64,000 nt of DNA from a virus, in the IMG/VR virus record IMGVR_UViG_3300045999_010503, positions 2,322 to 66,321 of that record. One strand, written 5' to 3'. Positions 62,657 to 64,000 of this stretch are shown piece by piece; within the stretch, counting starts at the first letter, position 1, and every line of letters starts with the position of its first letter. Below the pieces are notes generated by a model. It saw nothing but the letters and a program-made list of their open reading frames with translations. It was not told the origin of the DNA and ran no database searches. A program made the translations under genes and the position numbers.

Positions 62657-62778
62657 CTTTCCACCCGAACCTCGGATACCCTTCCGACTCGTCATCATTC
62701 ACGGCGCCGCCGGCGCCCGCACCCAAACCGCCCGCCGTCGTCTTCGGCAAGGAGACGCGGCGGGTCATTCTTCCCTGA
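62653..62778 (+). CDS. 41-aa microprotein ending FGKETRRVILP
   Basis: GTGA-coupled; MTFHPNLGYPSDSSSFTAPPAPAPKPPAVVFGKETRRVILP. Confidence 0.6.
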   Translation: MTFHPNLGYPSDSSSFTAPPAPAPKPPAVVFGKETRRVILP

Positions 62779-62801
62779 CCACGTCAGGGCTTCAACGCAC
62801 C

Positions 62802-63128
62802 ATGCCACCCATCGACCCGTCCAAATGGACCATCACCACCGAACCGGCGCCGAAGCGTCGTAGCGCCGAAGTGCAAGCGGCCTACGACTTCTTCTATGTC
62901 CAGCTCGCGACCGGCGCCTCCGCGCTCATCCCGAAGGAGGAGGCCAGCACCGCCCGCAACGCCGCCGCGCAGCTCAAGAAGGAGAGCGACGGCGCCATCG
63001 AGATCCGCTTCCGCGACGAGCCCGGCCAGCCGACGCTCATCCGCGCGACCAAGGTCAAGGGCCAGTCGCCCGAAGACCTCGCGGCGCTCCAAGCCGGGAT
63101 CGCCGCGTCAGAAGCGGCCACCGAGTAA
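62802..63128 (+). CDS. Hypothetical protein
   Basis: Followed by a terminator. Confidence 0.7.
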   Translation: MPPIDPSKWTITTEPAPKRRSAEVQAAYDFFYVQLATGASALIPKEEASTARNAAAQLKKESDGAIEIRFRDEPGQPTLIRATKVKGQSPEDLAALQAGIAASEAATE

Positions 63129-63147
63129 CAGGAACCAACAACAACAC

Positions 63148-63184
63148 GCCCGATCTCGGGATTCCGAGATCGGGCTTTCTCTTT
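63148..63184 (+). terminator. Intrinsic terminator
   Basis: GCCCGATCTCGG-GATT-CCGAGATCGGGC then TTTCTCTTT. Confidence 0.75.
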
Positions 63185-63187
63185 CAA

Positions 63188-63397
63188 ATGAAACTCGACG
63201 TTCAAAAGGCGATCGAGCAGATCGACGCCGCAATCTTCTCGGGCGATGCCTTCATCGACCCGGCAAACCGAAAGAGCCTTCGGGAATACTTCGATCGGTG
63301 GGAGCGCGGCCTCGAAGGCTTCGACCGGGTGTTCCCCAACGGCGCATGCGCAACCGATTCCCCGGATACTGCCTCAACTGCCGGACGCACGTCCTGA
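63188..63397 (+). CDS. Hypothetical protein
   Basis: ORF after the terminator. Confidence 0.55.
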   Translation: MKLDVQKAIEQIDAAIFSGDAFIDPANRKSLREYFDRWERGLEGFDRVFPNGACATDSPDTASTAGRTS

Positions 63398-63486
63398 AGG
63401 GCGAGGGTCATCCCCAGCGCCACCGCGGCAAATGGGCGGTGCGCTGCCTCAAGTGCGTCCGGCTCCCGAAACACCCAACCAAATGA
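63346..63486 (+). CDS. Small Zn-ribbon protein
   Basis: MRNRFPGYCLNC..V..GEG..CLKC. Confidence 0.65.
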   Translation: MRNRFPGYCLNCRTHVLKGEGHPQRHRGKWAVRCLKCVRLPKHPTK

Positions 63487-63722
63487 CCTCATCCGATTAC
63501 GAGAAACAGCGGAACCAACTCGATCTCCTTCGGCTCGCCTACGAGGAGATCGAAGTCTTCGTCAAACGTCGCGCCTTCCTCGAGCGGGTGTCGCCCGGGG
63601 TCAAGCCAGCCCTCGACCCGCGGCAGGAGGGCCGGGCGCTATTTCTCGACAGCCAGGTCGTCCCCTACCTTCGCGAGGAACTGGGCCTCCCGCGCGCCGA
63701 GCCGATTCTCAAGGTCAATTAA
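63483..63722 (+). CDS. Hypothetical protein
   Basis: Coupled ORF MTSSDYEK. Confidence 0.6.
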   Translation: MTSSDYEKQRNQLDLLRLAYEEIEVFVKRRAFLERVSPGVKPALDPRQEGRALFLDSQVVPYLREELGLPRAEPILKVN

Positions 63723-63726
63723 GGGC

Positions 63727-63954
63727 ATGAAAACCGAAGGCGATTTCATCCAAATCAACGAGACTTGGGCGGTGCGAAAGGACCAAATCGTTTCCGTGTT
63801 CTGGGATCGGAGCGTAAACCAGCTCGAAATCTCCGTTGCTTTTGAGGGCCAAAAAGTTCGATTCAGCGACCGCGCCAGAATCGTAGGCGTCCTGCGGGCT
63901 CTCGGGCTCGACTCTATCCTAGCCCTCGCGCTCAAGGGCTTGGAAGGCTGTTGA
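63727..63954 (+). CDS. Hypothetical protein
   Basis: FIQINETWAVRKDQIVSV. Confidence 0.6.
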   Translation: MKTEGDFIQINETWAVRKDQIVSVFWDRSVNQLEISVAFEGQKVRFSDRARIVGVLRALGLDSILALALKGLEGC

Positions 63955-64000
63955 GAACCCAATTTCAAAACCAATTTCAGAGGCTAGTCGGGTTTCTTCT

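Noticed and set aside
1-64000. Host chromosome flanks, rRNA or alternative genetic code
   Set aside because: All recognisable genes are phage-like and read intact in the standard code

Overview
The window looks like almost a whole temperate, high-GC tailed phage genome, probably siphovirus-like. It appears unintegrated and circularly permuted: a putative attP lies internally at about 16.8 kb and no host DNA is visible. A Verrucomicrobia/Opitutaceae-like host is inferred only from the style of the integrase and excisionase. Layout: divergent ribbon-helix-helix repressor pair (1-521); + strand replication/recombination arm (RuvC, HD protein, SNF2 helicase fused to a DUF2800-like nuclease, PolA, RlpA-like protein, primase-helicase, excisionase; 0.5-15.6 kb); integrase and tRNA-Leu-type attP; - strand late arm (terS, intein-containing GpA-type terL, portal, head, tail, fibre, trypsin-like protein, lysis-like membrane genes; 16.9-44.4 kb); putative origin/end region (44.4-45.1 kb); + strand early arm of small genes with a DUF3150/DUF1257/DUF2997/Ycf46-like AAA+ module and a DNA ligase (45.1-64 kb). 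Most notable unexplained signals: (1) a shared C-terminal tag FG[KR]xxR[RK]-hydrophobic on five unrelated proteins, one of them a member of the AAA+ module; (2) four clusters of stem-closed, often CCA-ended tRNA-like small RNAs; (3) GGTTGAC exactly 14-17 nt before 11 late start codons; (4) a dispersed palindrome TCCCGACGTCGGGA with one copy inside an LmbU-like gene; (5) tandem hairpin repeats and a degenerate double-hammerhead-like element after the first early gene. All family assignments come from motif recognition by eye; no searches were run.
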